Shown: positions 1-7,901, numbered from the stretch's first letter. The stretch is DNA of 32,000 nucleotides from Promethearchaeum syntrophicum (GCF_008000775.2 NZ_CP042905.2:2610001-2642000), one strand, 5' to 3'. The notes: generated from the letters alone by a model not told the origin. Made by a program: numbers and translations.

Positions 1-1
1 A

Positions 2-247
2 TCGTTCTTAACTTCTTTGAATGTTCCTTTCAAATGTAGAACCCATAAATTTAGGCATTCAATTTCAAGATTTAGAAGAGCAAATAACTTTTCTCGTGGA
101 GATCGAGAAACATTAAGTAATCATTCAAGTTTATCTTTGGAAGATCGAATATATGCAAAAATTCCGATTGAAAAAAGAATAAAAATATATGATGAATGTT
201 TTCCCAAAGAATACAAAGCATTACTGTTACATATTGATTCGCTTTGA
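2..247 (+). CDS. 3' end of a hypothetical CDS entering from the left window edge
   Basis: The frame is open from base 2 to the TGA at 245-247. The track start at 17 is TTG. No recognisable motif. It lies just outside the putative attL. Confidence 0.3.
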   Translation, partial: SFLTSLNVPFKCRTHKFRHSISRFRRANNFSRGDRETLSNHSSLSLEDRIYAKIPIEKRIKIYDECFPKEYKALLLHIDSL

Positions 248-289
248 ATACTATAACATTCAGATGTCATGTATCTTCGCGAAATACCT

Positions 290-318
290 ATTTCACGTAG
301 AATCCTATAGTTCTAGAT
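290..318. repeat. Putative attL (left copy of the bounding direct repeat)
   Basis: ATTTCACGtagaaTCCTATAGTTctaGAT matches 11642-11670, with cores ATTTCACG 8/8 and CCTATAGTT 9/9. It overlaps the imperfect palindrome CGCGAAA-TACCTA-TTTCACG at 278-297. Confidence 0.5.
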
Positions 319-400
319 AACATTTAGAAATATTTTTTTCTTAGACAAGATAAAAATTGAAAAAAATATTGATTTATCTTGGCTAATTTTTTTTTCATTA

Positions 401-415
401 ATTTTGTGGGAAATT
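401..415. repeat. 15-bp perfect direct repeat ATTTTGTGGGAAATT, left copy, bracketing the GGTAGCAA iteron field
   Basis: Identical 15-mer at 401-415 and 903-917. Confidence 0.8.
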
Positions 416-479
416 ATTTTTTGGATTTAGTAACAGAAATTATTTTTTAATTTTTATTTCCTGATTTCTTAAAAAACAT

Positions 480-905
480 GGTAGCAATGGTAGCAATGGT
501 AGCAACTTTTTTTTCCATCTAAAACTGTTTAGTATGGGATAAAAAAATTAAATTATAATACGATAATGAAATTTATGTTAAAAAAATACTAAATTTGTTT
601 AGGTATTGAAGTAATATTCTTCTAAAAATAGTTCTTGAGAATTCGAAAAAATATTAAAATTGGTAGCAATGAAAGTAACAATGGTAGCAATTTCTAATTT
701 TGTTACTAAATGTTACTATTTGCTACTTTTTTTTGGTAGCAATTTTTCTTTCTAATACACTTTATTTTTAATTTATTTTTGATAAAATTGTTTATTTTTA
801 TAGTTGCTACCATGCTACCATAAATTTTTAAATTTTTTTTCCCAGATATTTTTCAAACAATATTTATCTTTTTGGAAATCGGTAGACAAAACTATTGGTA
901 GTATT
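480..905. repeat. Iteron field of about 10 copies of GGTAGCAA(T) and close variants, in both orientations
   Basis: Three tandem 9-bp units at 480-506 (GGTAGCAAT GGTAGCAAT GGTAGCAAC). Further copies at 662-670, 683-690 and 735-743. Reverse copies TTGCTAC(C) at 720-726 and 804-811 and ATGCTACCA at 812-820. Variants GTAACA/TGTTAC at 675-716, GGTAGACAA at 881-889 and GGTAGTATT at 897-905. Confidence 0.8.
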
Positions 906-917
906 TTGTGGGAAATT
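903..917. repeat. 15-bp perfect direct repeat ATTTTGTGGGAAATT, right copy
   Basis: Identical to 401-415. Confidence 0.8.
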
Positions 918-1013
918 TTCTTGAAATCTTCCCTTTAGTTATTTTATAATCATAAGAAAATAAATCAAAAATGTAGAAGAAATTGAACTGTTTTCAATCT
1001 TTAAATTTTCAAA

Positions 1014-4000
1014 TTAATTCATAATCGAAAAAAAATCTCCTTTCTCTTGAAGATATTTCTCGTTAATCCATTTTTCAAAAAGTAAACTTAAATTGTCTTC
1101 GGTTAGATTTGGTTTCCTGGCTATTGTCTCCCAAATATCTTCAAAAGTAAATCTGTTTTGATTATTTTTCGCAAATTCTTTTATAAATTCCTTTATTTCT
1201 ACTTGAATTTCTTTGGATAAAATATTTTTAGATATTGAATTTAAAGTAATTCCATCATCATCTTTCTTGATTTCTTCCATTTTAGAATCTGGGATTTTAT
1301 TTCCAGTTAACTTCCGATATTCTAAATTTACTCCCCTTTTTGACTTTCCACATGATTCCCATCGAAAGTTTACAGTAATTTTTACTTCAGGATCAATTTG
1401 TTCAAAATATTCTCCTAATTGAGGTAAACTCCTAAAAATTCTAAACGATTTTCTTCTTGCATAATCATTATACTCTCCTAAAAAACGGTGTGTTAAATAG
1501 ATCACTTCTTTTATCCGATCAACCATTAAAATCGGAATTTTTGTTTCATAATTATACTCGCTTTCTATAAATGATAAAATTGCATAAAGATCTTCTTTCT
1601 TTTTTTCTATTGTGGCATCTTCAAACTCTTTAATAAAATCAAGTAAATGATCTGACTTATTTTCTAAGAACTTATCTAAAATTATATTTGGATATTCAGG
1701 GAGATATTTATTAAAAATAAATTTCCAAATTGACAAACTAACAAGTATGAAGGCATTTATTGTAATTCTTCTTGGATCCGATAAACGAATATTATTGGAT
1801 TTACATAATTGAGCAATATATTTTCTCTTCTCCAATATAATATATTCTAAAACATCCAAATCATTTCTTATTTTTACTTGATCTTTTTTATCAATCCCGA
1901 ATTTTCCAAAATCTTTAATATATTTTATTGCTTCGGAAAGAAATAGATATCCACACGCTTTTGAATCTTTTATTGAATAAGAAATGTCTTCAAATATTGA
2001 AGCATATTTTTCATAATTAGAATTTTTTTTATGGCGGGTTAGAACTGTTCTCCCTTCCCGAAATGCATCATCCATATTAAGCCAATCAATTGTATTGGCA
2101 GTGCCCATTATTGTGCAATTAATATTAGTAAAAACTAACTTTCGATCTCTGGTCATTGTCATAGAATCTTCCATATTAGTTGTATATGATTTTAATTGAT
2201 TAATTATTTGAGATGTCTTTTTTATATAATCAATTTCATCAACATAAAGTGGCAAAGTGCTACCACTCAAGAATTCAGGAAGTCTTGCAGGTGAATCAAT
2301 ATTTTTTCCATCTCTTGGATTTATTCCATAGAATATTCTATTAAGCAGATCAAATAATGTTGATTTTCCCACTCCACCCATTCCAACAGCAAAATATCCA
2401 GGAAAAACATCAATTTTTTTTTTTTTTTGAGAAAGGGCTTTAAAAAAAGGAGCAATACCTGTAAAACCAAAAATTACAAGTGCAAAAACAAGATCCAATT
2501 TTCCTTCGATTATTAGGAGATTATAATAATTTAATATTATTTTTCGAATTTCTTCTTTTTCATTTTCATCATAATTCGATTTTGGAACGAATATTTCTGT
2601 GTTTTTTAATTGGTCAATTATTTTTTCTTGAATAGCGTTTAAAGGAATTATTTGGGTTAATTGAGGAATAACTAAAACCAATTTTTTTGTTTCATCTAAA
2701 TGAATACCCACACATGAGAAAACCCGTTCAGAAGTAAGATTCTTGTTTCTTTGAATTTCTCTTAATAGATTTACTACTGCTTCATCTAAACCCTCTTTAC
2801 TTACAATTATATTTTTATCTCCTTTTTTGATTTGTTCTAAAATCGAATCCAAAGAACCGATGAAACTATTTCCCCCAATAATCACTTCATAAAGTTGCAT
2901 ATCATCATCGTTTACATACAGTTTCACCAATTGTAAAGGAGATTCAGTCAATCGCTTCTCAAATACTATATTATTTTCCTTATTATCGTATCCTCTTTTC
3001 CAGATTCCTTCATCATCATTTTCCCAATATAATGTTCTCCTTCCAGTTCTTTCTATAAAATATTGAATTTTTTCGCTGGATTGTTTTATTACTTCAAGAT
3101 AATTTAGGGAAATAGTAGGTTCATTATAATTTCCATATTTTAAAATACCATATCCTTTTACTTTTGTCCCGATTTGAAGATTCATTCCTTCAAAAAACTC
3201 AATATTTTCATCTACAGTAATTAAAATTTCTTTAAATTCCCTAATTTTTGATTTTATATCGCTAACAATTCGAATGTTTAGTGATTTAATTTTTTTCCCT
3301 GATTTGATTTGATCAGATTCAGGTTTTGAATATTTATATTTGATTGATGGAATACTATTTATTTTTCCTTCTAATACAATGTAATTATCAAAATCCCCCA
3401 CAACAAAATTTGAAAATTTATTATAATAAGGGAATATGGAAGAATCTTCAAAATAAATGATATTTTTATTTGAATTTGTCTTAACTCTAACTATTTCTTT
3501 CATAGTGCGAATAAAAGACCTGGAGTTTTCAGTAATTTTTTTCGTTATAGAATGCCTGGGGATCTTCCAAAGAGTATAATCATTTATTTTATTGGGAATA
3601 ATTAGATCTACGATTTTTTTAGTAATCGAATTCAGATCCCCACTATAAAATTCTGCACCTTTAGATAAAAACTCCAAATCTTGTATTAAATCTCTTTCAT
3701 TTTGAACAATAATTACCTTTCTCCCATTTTTATCTGTCATTGATAATGATTCTGGATATACTTCACAATCTTTGCCTTGATCATTTTCATCAATCGAAGC
3801 CTCTATTGTAATCTTGTCATATTTAAACAGATTAAATGTTCTATAATCTTGAATATCCCTTAATTTAAAACCATAGTCTAAAATACGAGATTCTTTTAAA
3901 ATATCCGAAATTCTGTGATTGAATTGAACTTTAAAATTTTTTTGGAATTTTTTAAATTCTTTAATTCTTCTCTCAGGAGTTAGATCCCCAAAGTCTAAAA

Positions 4001-4055
4001 TCAAATTTAAATAACAATTGTTTTCCCTGATCTTATTTTCTGATATTTGAACCAA
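1014..4055 (-). CDS. Replication protein with a superfamily-3 (D5/P4-type) helicase domain and a C-terminal winged-helix-like tail
   Basis: Walker A FAVGMGGVGKSTLFDLL, Walker B LPLYVDEIDY and an SF3 motif C-like IMGTANT. The ~540-aa N-terminal part has no primase motif I can recognise. The start codon is TTG, with no ATG for ~100 codons. Confidence 0.7.
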   Translation of the reverse strand: MVQISENKIRENNCYLNLILDFGDLTPERRIKEFKKFQKNFKVQFNHRISDILKESRILDYGFKLRDIQDYRTFNLFKYDKITIEASIDENDQGKDCEVYPESLSMTDKNGRKVIIVQNERDLIQDLEFLSKGAEFYSGDLNSITKKIVDLIIPNKINDYTLWKIPRHSITKKITENSRSFIRTMKEIVRVKTNSNKNIIYFEDSSIFPYYNKFSNFVVGDFDNYIVLEGKINSIPSIKYKYSKPESDQIKSGKKIKSLNIRIVSDIKSKIREFKEILITVDENIEFFEGMNLQIGTKVKGYGILKYGNYNEPTISLNYLEVIKQSSEKIQYFIERTGRRTLYWENDDEGIWKRGYDNKENNIVFEKRLTESPLQLVKLYVNDDDMQLYEVIIGGNSFIGSLDSILEQIKKGDKNIIVSKEGLDEAVVNLLREIQRNKNLTSERVFSCVGIHLDETKKLVLVIPQLTQIIPLNAIQEKIIDQLKNTEIFVPKSNYDENEKEEIRKIILNYYNLLIIEGKLDLVFALVIFGFTGIAPFFKALSQKKKKIDVFPGYFAVGMGGVGKSTLFDLLNRIFYGINPRDGKNIDSPARLPEFLSGSTLPLYVDEIDYIKKTSQIINQLKSYTTNMEDSMTMTRDRKLVFTNINCTIMGTANTIDWLNMDDAFREGRTVLTRHKKNSNYEKYASIFEDISYSIKDSKACGYLFLSEAIKYIKDFGKFGIDKKDQVKIRNDLDVLEYIILEKRKYIAQLCKSNNIRLSDPRRITINAFILVSLSIWKFIFNKYLPEYPNIILDKFLENKSDHLLDFIKEFEDATIEKKKEDLYAILSFIESEYNYETKIPILMVDRIKEVIYLTHRFLGEYNDYARRKSFRIFRSLPQLGEYFEQIDPEVKITVNFRWESCGKSKRGVNLEYRKLTGNKIPDSKMEEIKKDDDGITLNSISKNILSKEIQVEIKEFIKEFAKNNQNRFTFEDIWETIARKPNLTEDNLSLLFEKWINEKYLQEKGDFFSIMN

Positions 4056-4335
4056 ATTTTTTCCCTACCTTTGTTAAAATGTTTTGTTGACGTATTATGA
4101 TAATCAAATAATTTCTTCTATCCTTCTTTTCAAAATGGTGGTTATATTCAATTTCACCTTTCCGTTCCTTCCGATAACGCCTTATAGCATCTTCTTCATA
4201 CTCCCAAATCTCATCTTCTTTTATGAAGTGATTTGCAGGGTAGATTACTTTCCAACTAAATTGTAATCTTTCGACAATATTTGGTTCGATCCCTCTAATT
4301 TTTTGAGTCTTTTTTTTTTTCGAATTATAAATCAA
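4033..4335 (-). CDS. Hypothetical protein (100 aa, TTG start, no ATG anywhere in the frame)
   Basis: The ORF start overlaps the upstream stop as TTGA. Its 3' end overlaps the Rep start by 23 nt. It sits in the same-strand gene chain. Confidence 0.4.
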   Translation of the reverse strand: MIYNSKKKKTQKIRGIEPNIVERLQFSWKVIYPANHFIKEDEIWEYEEDAIRRYRKERKGEIEYNHHFEKKDRRNYLIIIIRQQNILTKVGKKFGSNIRK

Positions 4336-4529
4336 GCAGAATCACTCCTTCTTTTTTCAATATCAAATACATATCGGAGATCTTCTAACTTCTTGACTTT
4401 ATTATTAGCGTCTTTCTCGTCAAAACAGGCTACTCTTTTATGTTTGATTCCATCGGAAGATCTCTCCTTCCAAATAACATAAAAACTTACTAACGAATTA
4501 TTTTCCCTTTCAGGTTTTATTTGAGTCAT
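4332..4529 (-). CDS. Hypothetical protein (65 aa from ATG MTQIKPE...)
   Basis: I prefer the ATG at 4529 over the upstream track start. It is part of the same-strand operon. Confidence 0.4.
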   Translation of the reverse strand: MTQIKPERENNSLVSFYVIWKERSSDGIKHKRVACFDEKDANNKVKKLEDLRYVFDIEKRRSDSA

Positions 4530-4633
4530 TTTTTTTCTTCTCTCCTTACATTTTAAAAAATAACCCCCCGAATCGACAAAAATAGAATTAAACAAAACGA
4601 GCAAATAAATTTATAACTTTTAGCCCGATTTAT

Positions 4634-4864
4634 TTATTTGATTCCTAAATTTTTGTTTGTTCTGGGGATCACTCGATTTGAGGAAAATTGACTTTCTTGG
4701 CGGATGGTTTTTTTCCTCAGATCTCCTTTTATCGAATTAAAATTCGGTGGCTTTGCGTATATCTTTTCATACATTTCCATTAGAGCCGTTTTCTTTGCTG
4801 TGAGAATTTCAATCTCGCGTTCCGTTTCATAAATTGCTTCCCATTCTTTTGATTTTCCTTCCAT
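4634..4864 (-). CDS. Hypothetical protein, 76 aa
   Basis: ATG start in the same-strand chain downstream of the RHH ORF. No motif recognised. Confidence 0.4.
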   Translation of the reverse strand: MEGKSKEWEAIYETEREIEILTAKKTALMEMYEKIYAKPPNFNSIKGDLRKKTIRQESQFSSNRVIPRTNKNLGIK

Positions 4865-4888
4865 TTTAGTTTTCTCTCCGAAATTCTA

Positions 4889-5041
4889 TTATTTAACTAT
4901 TAGTAATTGCTCAGAAGAATCCAAATACTTTTCCAATAAGGAATTACAAAGTTTTGATACATTATACGGCCCTTTTTTGAGTTTCTCATAGAGTTCCGTA
5001 TCTATATATACTGTGGTTTGAGTTTTATTTTCATTCGACAT
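4889..5041 (-). CDS. Ribbon-helix-helix (CopG/Arc-like) DNA-binding protein, 50 aa; below the ORF-track size cutoff
   Basis: My translation is MSNENKTQTTVYIDTELYEKLKKGPYNVSKLCNSLLEKYLDSSEQLLIVK. It shows a beta-strand (TTVYID), helix 1 (TELYEKLKK) and helix 2 (NVSKLCNSLLEKYL). A GGTG motif lies 9 nt upstream of the ATG. Confidence 0.5.
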   Translation of the reverse strand: MSNENKTQTTVYIDTELYEKLKKGPYNVSKLCNSLLEKYLDSSEQLLIVK

Positions 5042-5050
5042 ATTTTTTTA

Positions 5051-5100
5051 CACCTTTTTTTAAAAGAGTTATCTACTATCTCTCTAAGAGTATATAATAC
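5051..5100 (-). promoter_or_regulatory. Candidate TATA box plus SD for the RHH-to-Rep operon
   Basis: On the minus strand, GTATTATATA (5091-5100) lies ~55 nt upstream of the ATG. GGTG (5051-5054) lies 9 nt upstream of the ATG. Confidence 0.35.
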
Positions 5101-5271
5101 CTGACATTTTTTTTTCAAAAATATCAATATTATTTATTAAAATTTAATCATTTAGAATATAAATATATTTTCCATCGAGATTTACTAAATTATTCAATAA
5201 TTATTTACCACTCAATAATTCTCGTAATGATTGGTTGTATTACAACATTTCAAAATGTATCTCGAGATTTT

Positions 5272-5339
5272 TTTTGGTATACGAGATTTGTTCCCGTATT
5301 ACGACTTTTTGAATCACGAGATTTGTCCGTATTTCATTT
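5272..5339. repeat. 68-bp perfect direct repeat, copy 1
   Basis: TTTTGGTATACGAGATTTGTTCCCGTATTACGACTTTTTGAATCACGAGATTTGTCCGTATTTCATTT is identical to 5486-5553. Confidence 0.9.
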
Positions 5340-5420
5340 GAATTTAAATGTCTTTCTTTATTTGCTTATTTGAATCAATAAAATCTTCGTTTTTTGAATT
5401 TTGAGTAATATATAATATTT

Positions 5421-5456
5421 CTCGTAGGCTTTCTCGTAGGCTTTCTCGTAGGCTTT
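5421..5456. repeat. Tandem 12-bp repeat x3 (CTCGTAGGCTTT), located between the two 68-bp repeats
   Basis: CTCGTA starts at 5421, 5433 and 5445. Confidence 0.9.
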
Positions 5457-5485
5457 TACATAATAAAAAAATAAAAATGTTGTAG

Positions 5486-5553
5486 TTTTGGTATACGAGA
5501 TTTGTTCCCGTATTACGACTTTTTGAATCACGAGATTTGTCCGTATTTCATTT
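5486..5553. repeat. 68-bp perfect direct repeat, copy 2
   Basis: Identical to 5272-5339, offset by 214 bp. Confidence 0.9.
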
Positions 5554-6005
5554 AAATTTAGATTTTTTTATTAGTTTAGTGATTTAGATTAAAAATCATT
5601 TTAATTTCTTGATTTTTGGATTATTGAGTATATTATTCTCGTAGTCTCTCTCTCGTAATTTTTTTAATATTGGTTGTAGTCATTGTCGCAGTTTTTGTAT
5701 CTCGATTTTTTAGTTGTATTACGACTTTTTTTATACGAGATTTCTAAATGTATCTCGAGATCTCGTAATACGAGAAATAAAAAACAGATTTTTAGAATTT
5801 GTTGTAATACAACATTTATTTTTGTCGGGAAGGGAGAAATACTCCTCATTATTTTCAAATCCCTTTATTGTTATGTATAGACTATGATGTAACATAGCAA
5901 AATCTGTGAACAAATTAAGATATGAAAAGAATAAGATAAAATAATAAATACAAATAAAAAAATGGTGAAAATGGTTTTTGTCGCATAATATTGAAAAGAA
6001 AAAAA

Positions 6006-6512
6006 TCATTCGTTCTTAGTTTTTTTATTTTTAATTTCTTTAAATTTCTTTATTGCATTTTTTACACAACCTGAACATAATACAATTAAATTATCGTGGT
6101 TAAAAGCTAGTTCAGGATATTGAAAAGGTGATTTTTTATGGATAACACAAGGTATTTCGGTTTCATGATGACAACCTTCAAATAATTCAAAATCTCGTTC
6201 ATCTCCATAAATTCGGTTTTCGTTAAAAAGGATTTCAAATTTAATTCCTTCTTCTTCGATGTTTTTTTCTATATCATTCTTTTTAGGAAGCAGATTTAAT
6301 AAAATCTCACAATCACAGAAAGCACTTTGAGATTTAAAAAATTCTAATGTTTTATCGATATTGTATTCAGGAAGATATTCTTTCATATATTCAACTGTAT
6401 TAAAAAAATCATTTTTACAAACTATTGTTGACATTTTTAATGCTAAATGACTGTATAAATTTTTAAAGGCAATATTATCTAGTTCCAGATGTTTTGGTTT
6501 ATTTTCATTCAT
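6006..6512 (-). CDS. Hypothetical protein with a possible C-terminal HNH-like (beta-beta-alpha-Me) motif
   Basis: ATG start. GCHHETEIPCVIHKK ... NHDNLIVLCSGCVKN resembles the HNH pattern HH...N..N..LC..C, but the last His is absent. There is also a CDCE motif in the N-terminal half. Confidence 0.45.
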   Translation of the reverse strand: MNENKPKHLELDNIAFKNLYSHLALKMSTIVCKNDFFNTVEYMKEYLPEYNIDKTLEFFKSQSAFCDCEILLNLLPKKNDIEKNIEEEGIKFEILFNENRIYGDERDFELFEGCHHETEIPCVIHKKSPFQYPELAFNHDNLIVLCSGCVKNAIKKFKEIKNKKTKNE

Positions 6513-6549
6513 TTTTCTTCACTTTTATTTAATATTCTAAAAAAAAAAC

Positions 6550-7221
6550 TTATAATAATATATCTGTCAATTGTTCATAATCTTTTTTACCAATTTCATT
6601 CAAAAAACAAGCAATTTCTTCTCTCAAAGTTCTTTCATGATAAATTGCACGAATTTTAAAATATAGAATTGTTTTTTCACTAAGAACTTCTTCATATTTT
6701 TCATTCTTCTCATCCATTAGATCTAATGTAAACCCTCTAAATTTTCGTTCATCTATAAGGGATTGTCTTTTATTTGTCTTAGAATTACTCATCCCAGGAG
6801 AATTTTTTAACATATCAATTATTTTTTGAAGAACTTCTTTTCTAGGAGACATGATCTCTACTGGTTGAAATTCTTTCTCTAAATCAGAACTTTTTATTGA
6901 ATACAATATTTCGGGAGGGTGTTTTTTTAACGATTCTAAACCTTCTTGTTCCGCATTGTAAAATTCTTCTATATCGACATTAGAAGAATATTTTCCTGAA
7001 ACAGATTGAATTTCCTCTTCCAAAATATTCATTAATTCTTCCAGGTTAAAATAACAATTCAACTTTTTTCCTTTTATTTCAGGGTGAAACACAAAATTTA
7101 TAGAGCAATTTATTACCTCTTCATTTTTCTCTAAATAAGAGTCAGTTTCACCATGATTAAATACACAATTGGATTTACAAAGGGGAAAATCGTTTGATTT
7201 TTCTTTTAGTTTTTCATTCAT
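6550..7221 (-). CDS. Hypothetical protein (223 aa from ATG MNEKLKEK...)
   Basis: Long clean ORF. I prefer the ATG at 7221. No motif recognised. Confidence 0.5.
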   Translation of the reverse strand: MNEKLKEKSNDFPLCKSNCVFNHGETDSYLEKNEEVINCSINFVFHPEIKGKKLNCYFNLEELMNILEEEIQSVSGKYSSNVDIEEFYNAEQEGLESLKKHPPEILYSIKSSDLEKEFQPVEIMSPRKEVLQKIIDMLKNSPGMSNSKTNKRQSLIDERKFRGFTLDLMDEKNEKYEEVLSEKTILYFKIRAIYHERTLREEIACFLNEIGKKDYEQLTDILL

Positions 7222-7333
7222 AATTATCACCACATGATAGTAATACTCTATTATCAATATCGATAATAGAATATTAATTATAGATTGTCAATAATAATAT
7301 TTAATTGTTTGTGTTGGTTATATATGATTAATC

Positions 7334-7555
7334 ATGGTTCCTAGAAAAAGTAGTATAAATGAAACGGTTGAATCTATTTTCTTTAAATTATCATCAGAAA
7401 CTCCAAAGACTATAACAGATTTAGTTAGAGAAACCAAATATCATCATAACACTATTCGATCTTATTTAGAACTTATTGAATATATTCAATCCCAACCTAA
7501 ACTTATTTTAGAAAGAACAGGTCATTCTTACCAAGTAAAAATAGAAAAAAATTAA
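7334..7555 (+). CDS. Small winged-helix-turn-helix DNA-binding protein
   Basis: TITDLVRETKYHHNTIRSYLELIEY looks like an HTH, followed by a wing-like ERTGHSYQVKIE. 73 aa. Confidence 0.5.
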   Translation: MVPRKSSINETVESIFFKLSSETPKTITDLVRETKYHHNTIRSYLELIEYIQSQPKLILERTGHSYQVKIEKN

Positions 7556-7581
7556 TTTTTTAATTATCTGAAATTGTTTTC

Positions 7582-7607
7582 AATGCTAACAAGATCATGT
7601 TAGCATT
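7582..7607. terminator. Perfect 10-bp stem / 6-nt loop hairpin between convergent genes, followed by a T-run
   Basis: AATGCTAACA-agatca-TGTTAGCATT, then TTGATTTTT. Confidence 0.45.
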
Positions 7608-7640
7608 TTGATTTTTAGATTACCTGAATTAAATTAATCT

Positions 7641-7901
7641 TTAATTTTTTAAATTCAAAAGTTTATTTGATTCCTTAAACCATTTATATTTTTCTTTTTT
7701 TTCGGGGATTTTCTCTTTTTGTAAATTAAATTCAGGACAATACTTAGAATCTTGAAATTCGCAATTATTACAAGATATTTCGGTCATATTGCAATATGAA
7801 CAACGATTACAATATCGAACACAAAGGCAGGTATTTTCATTTTTAGTAATAGAAATATGAATTGTCTTATTACAACAAACAGATCGAATTTCTTCCACCA
7901 T
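7641..7901 (-). CDS. Cysteine-rich (10 Cys in ~60 aa) putative metal-binding protein
   Basis: CC..., CLC, CNRC, YC, SCNNC and YC spacing. ATG start. The gene ends 21 nt from the integrase stop side, on the same strand. Confidence 0.45.
   Translation of the reverse strand: MVEEIRSVCCNKTIHISITKNENTCLCVRYCNRCSYCNMTEISCNNCEFQDSKYCPEFNLQKEKIPEKKEKYKWFKESNKLLNLKN

Larger units (their letters stand above)
5170..5820. repeat. Dense field of TCTCGTA / TACGAGAT(TT) / ATCTCGAGAT / GTATTACGAC motifs (at least 15 copies, both orientations)
   Basis: Examples: 5175-5183, 5221-5228, 5255-5272, 5278-5291, 5314-5326, 5421-5456, 5635-5660, 5697-5711, 5713-5744 and 5746-5785. TTGTATTACAA at 5237 and its complement TTGTAATACAA at 5802 sit near the two ends. 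Confidence 0.8.

Noticed and set aside
346-381. 9-bp inverted repeat CAAGATAAA / TTTATCTTG with an 18-nt spacer near attL
   Set aside because: It is short, AT-rich and isolated, and cannot be distinguished from chance.
4310-4320. Other homopolymer runs (T11 at 4310-4320, T-run near 21386-21396) as phase-variation sites
   Set aside because: These are poly-Lys codon runs of 10-11 nt, common in AT-rich coding DNA. Only the 15-nt run in Rep seemed long enough to flag.
5272-5553. Could the repeats (68-bp pair, 12-bp tandem, GGTAGCAA units) be a CRISPR array?
   Set aside because: There is no regular repeat-spacer periodicity. The 68-bp repeat has only two copies 214 bp apart, the short units are directly tandem or irregularly spaced and occur in both orientations, and there are no cas genes.
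5664-6009. Three mutually overlapping track ORFs (5664-5858 minus, 5683-5880 plus, 5731-6009 minus)
   Set aside because: They lie in the TCTCGTA/TACGAGAT repeat field, overlap one another on both strands and encode low-complexity F/I/L/K-rich peptides without starts supported by an SD. They are most likely non-coding.
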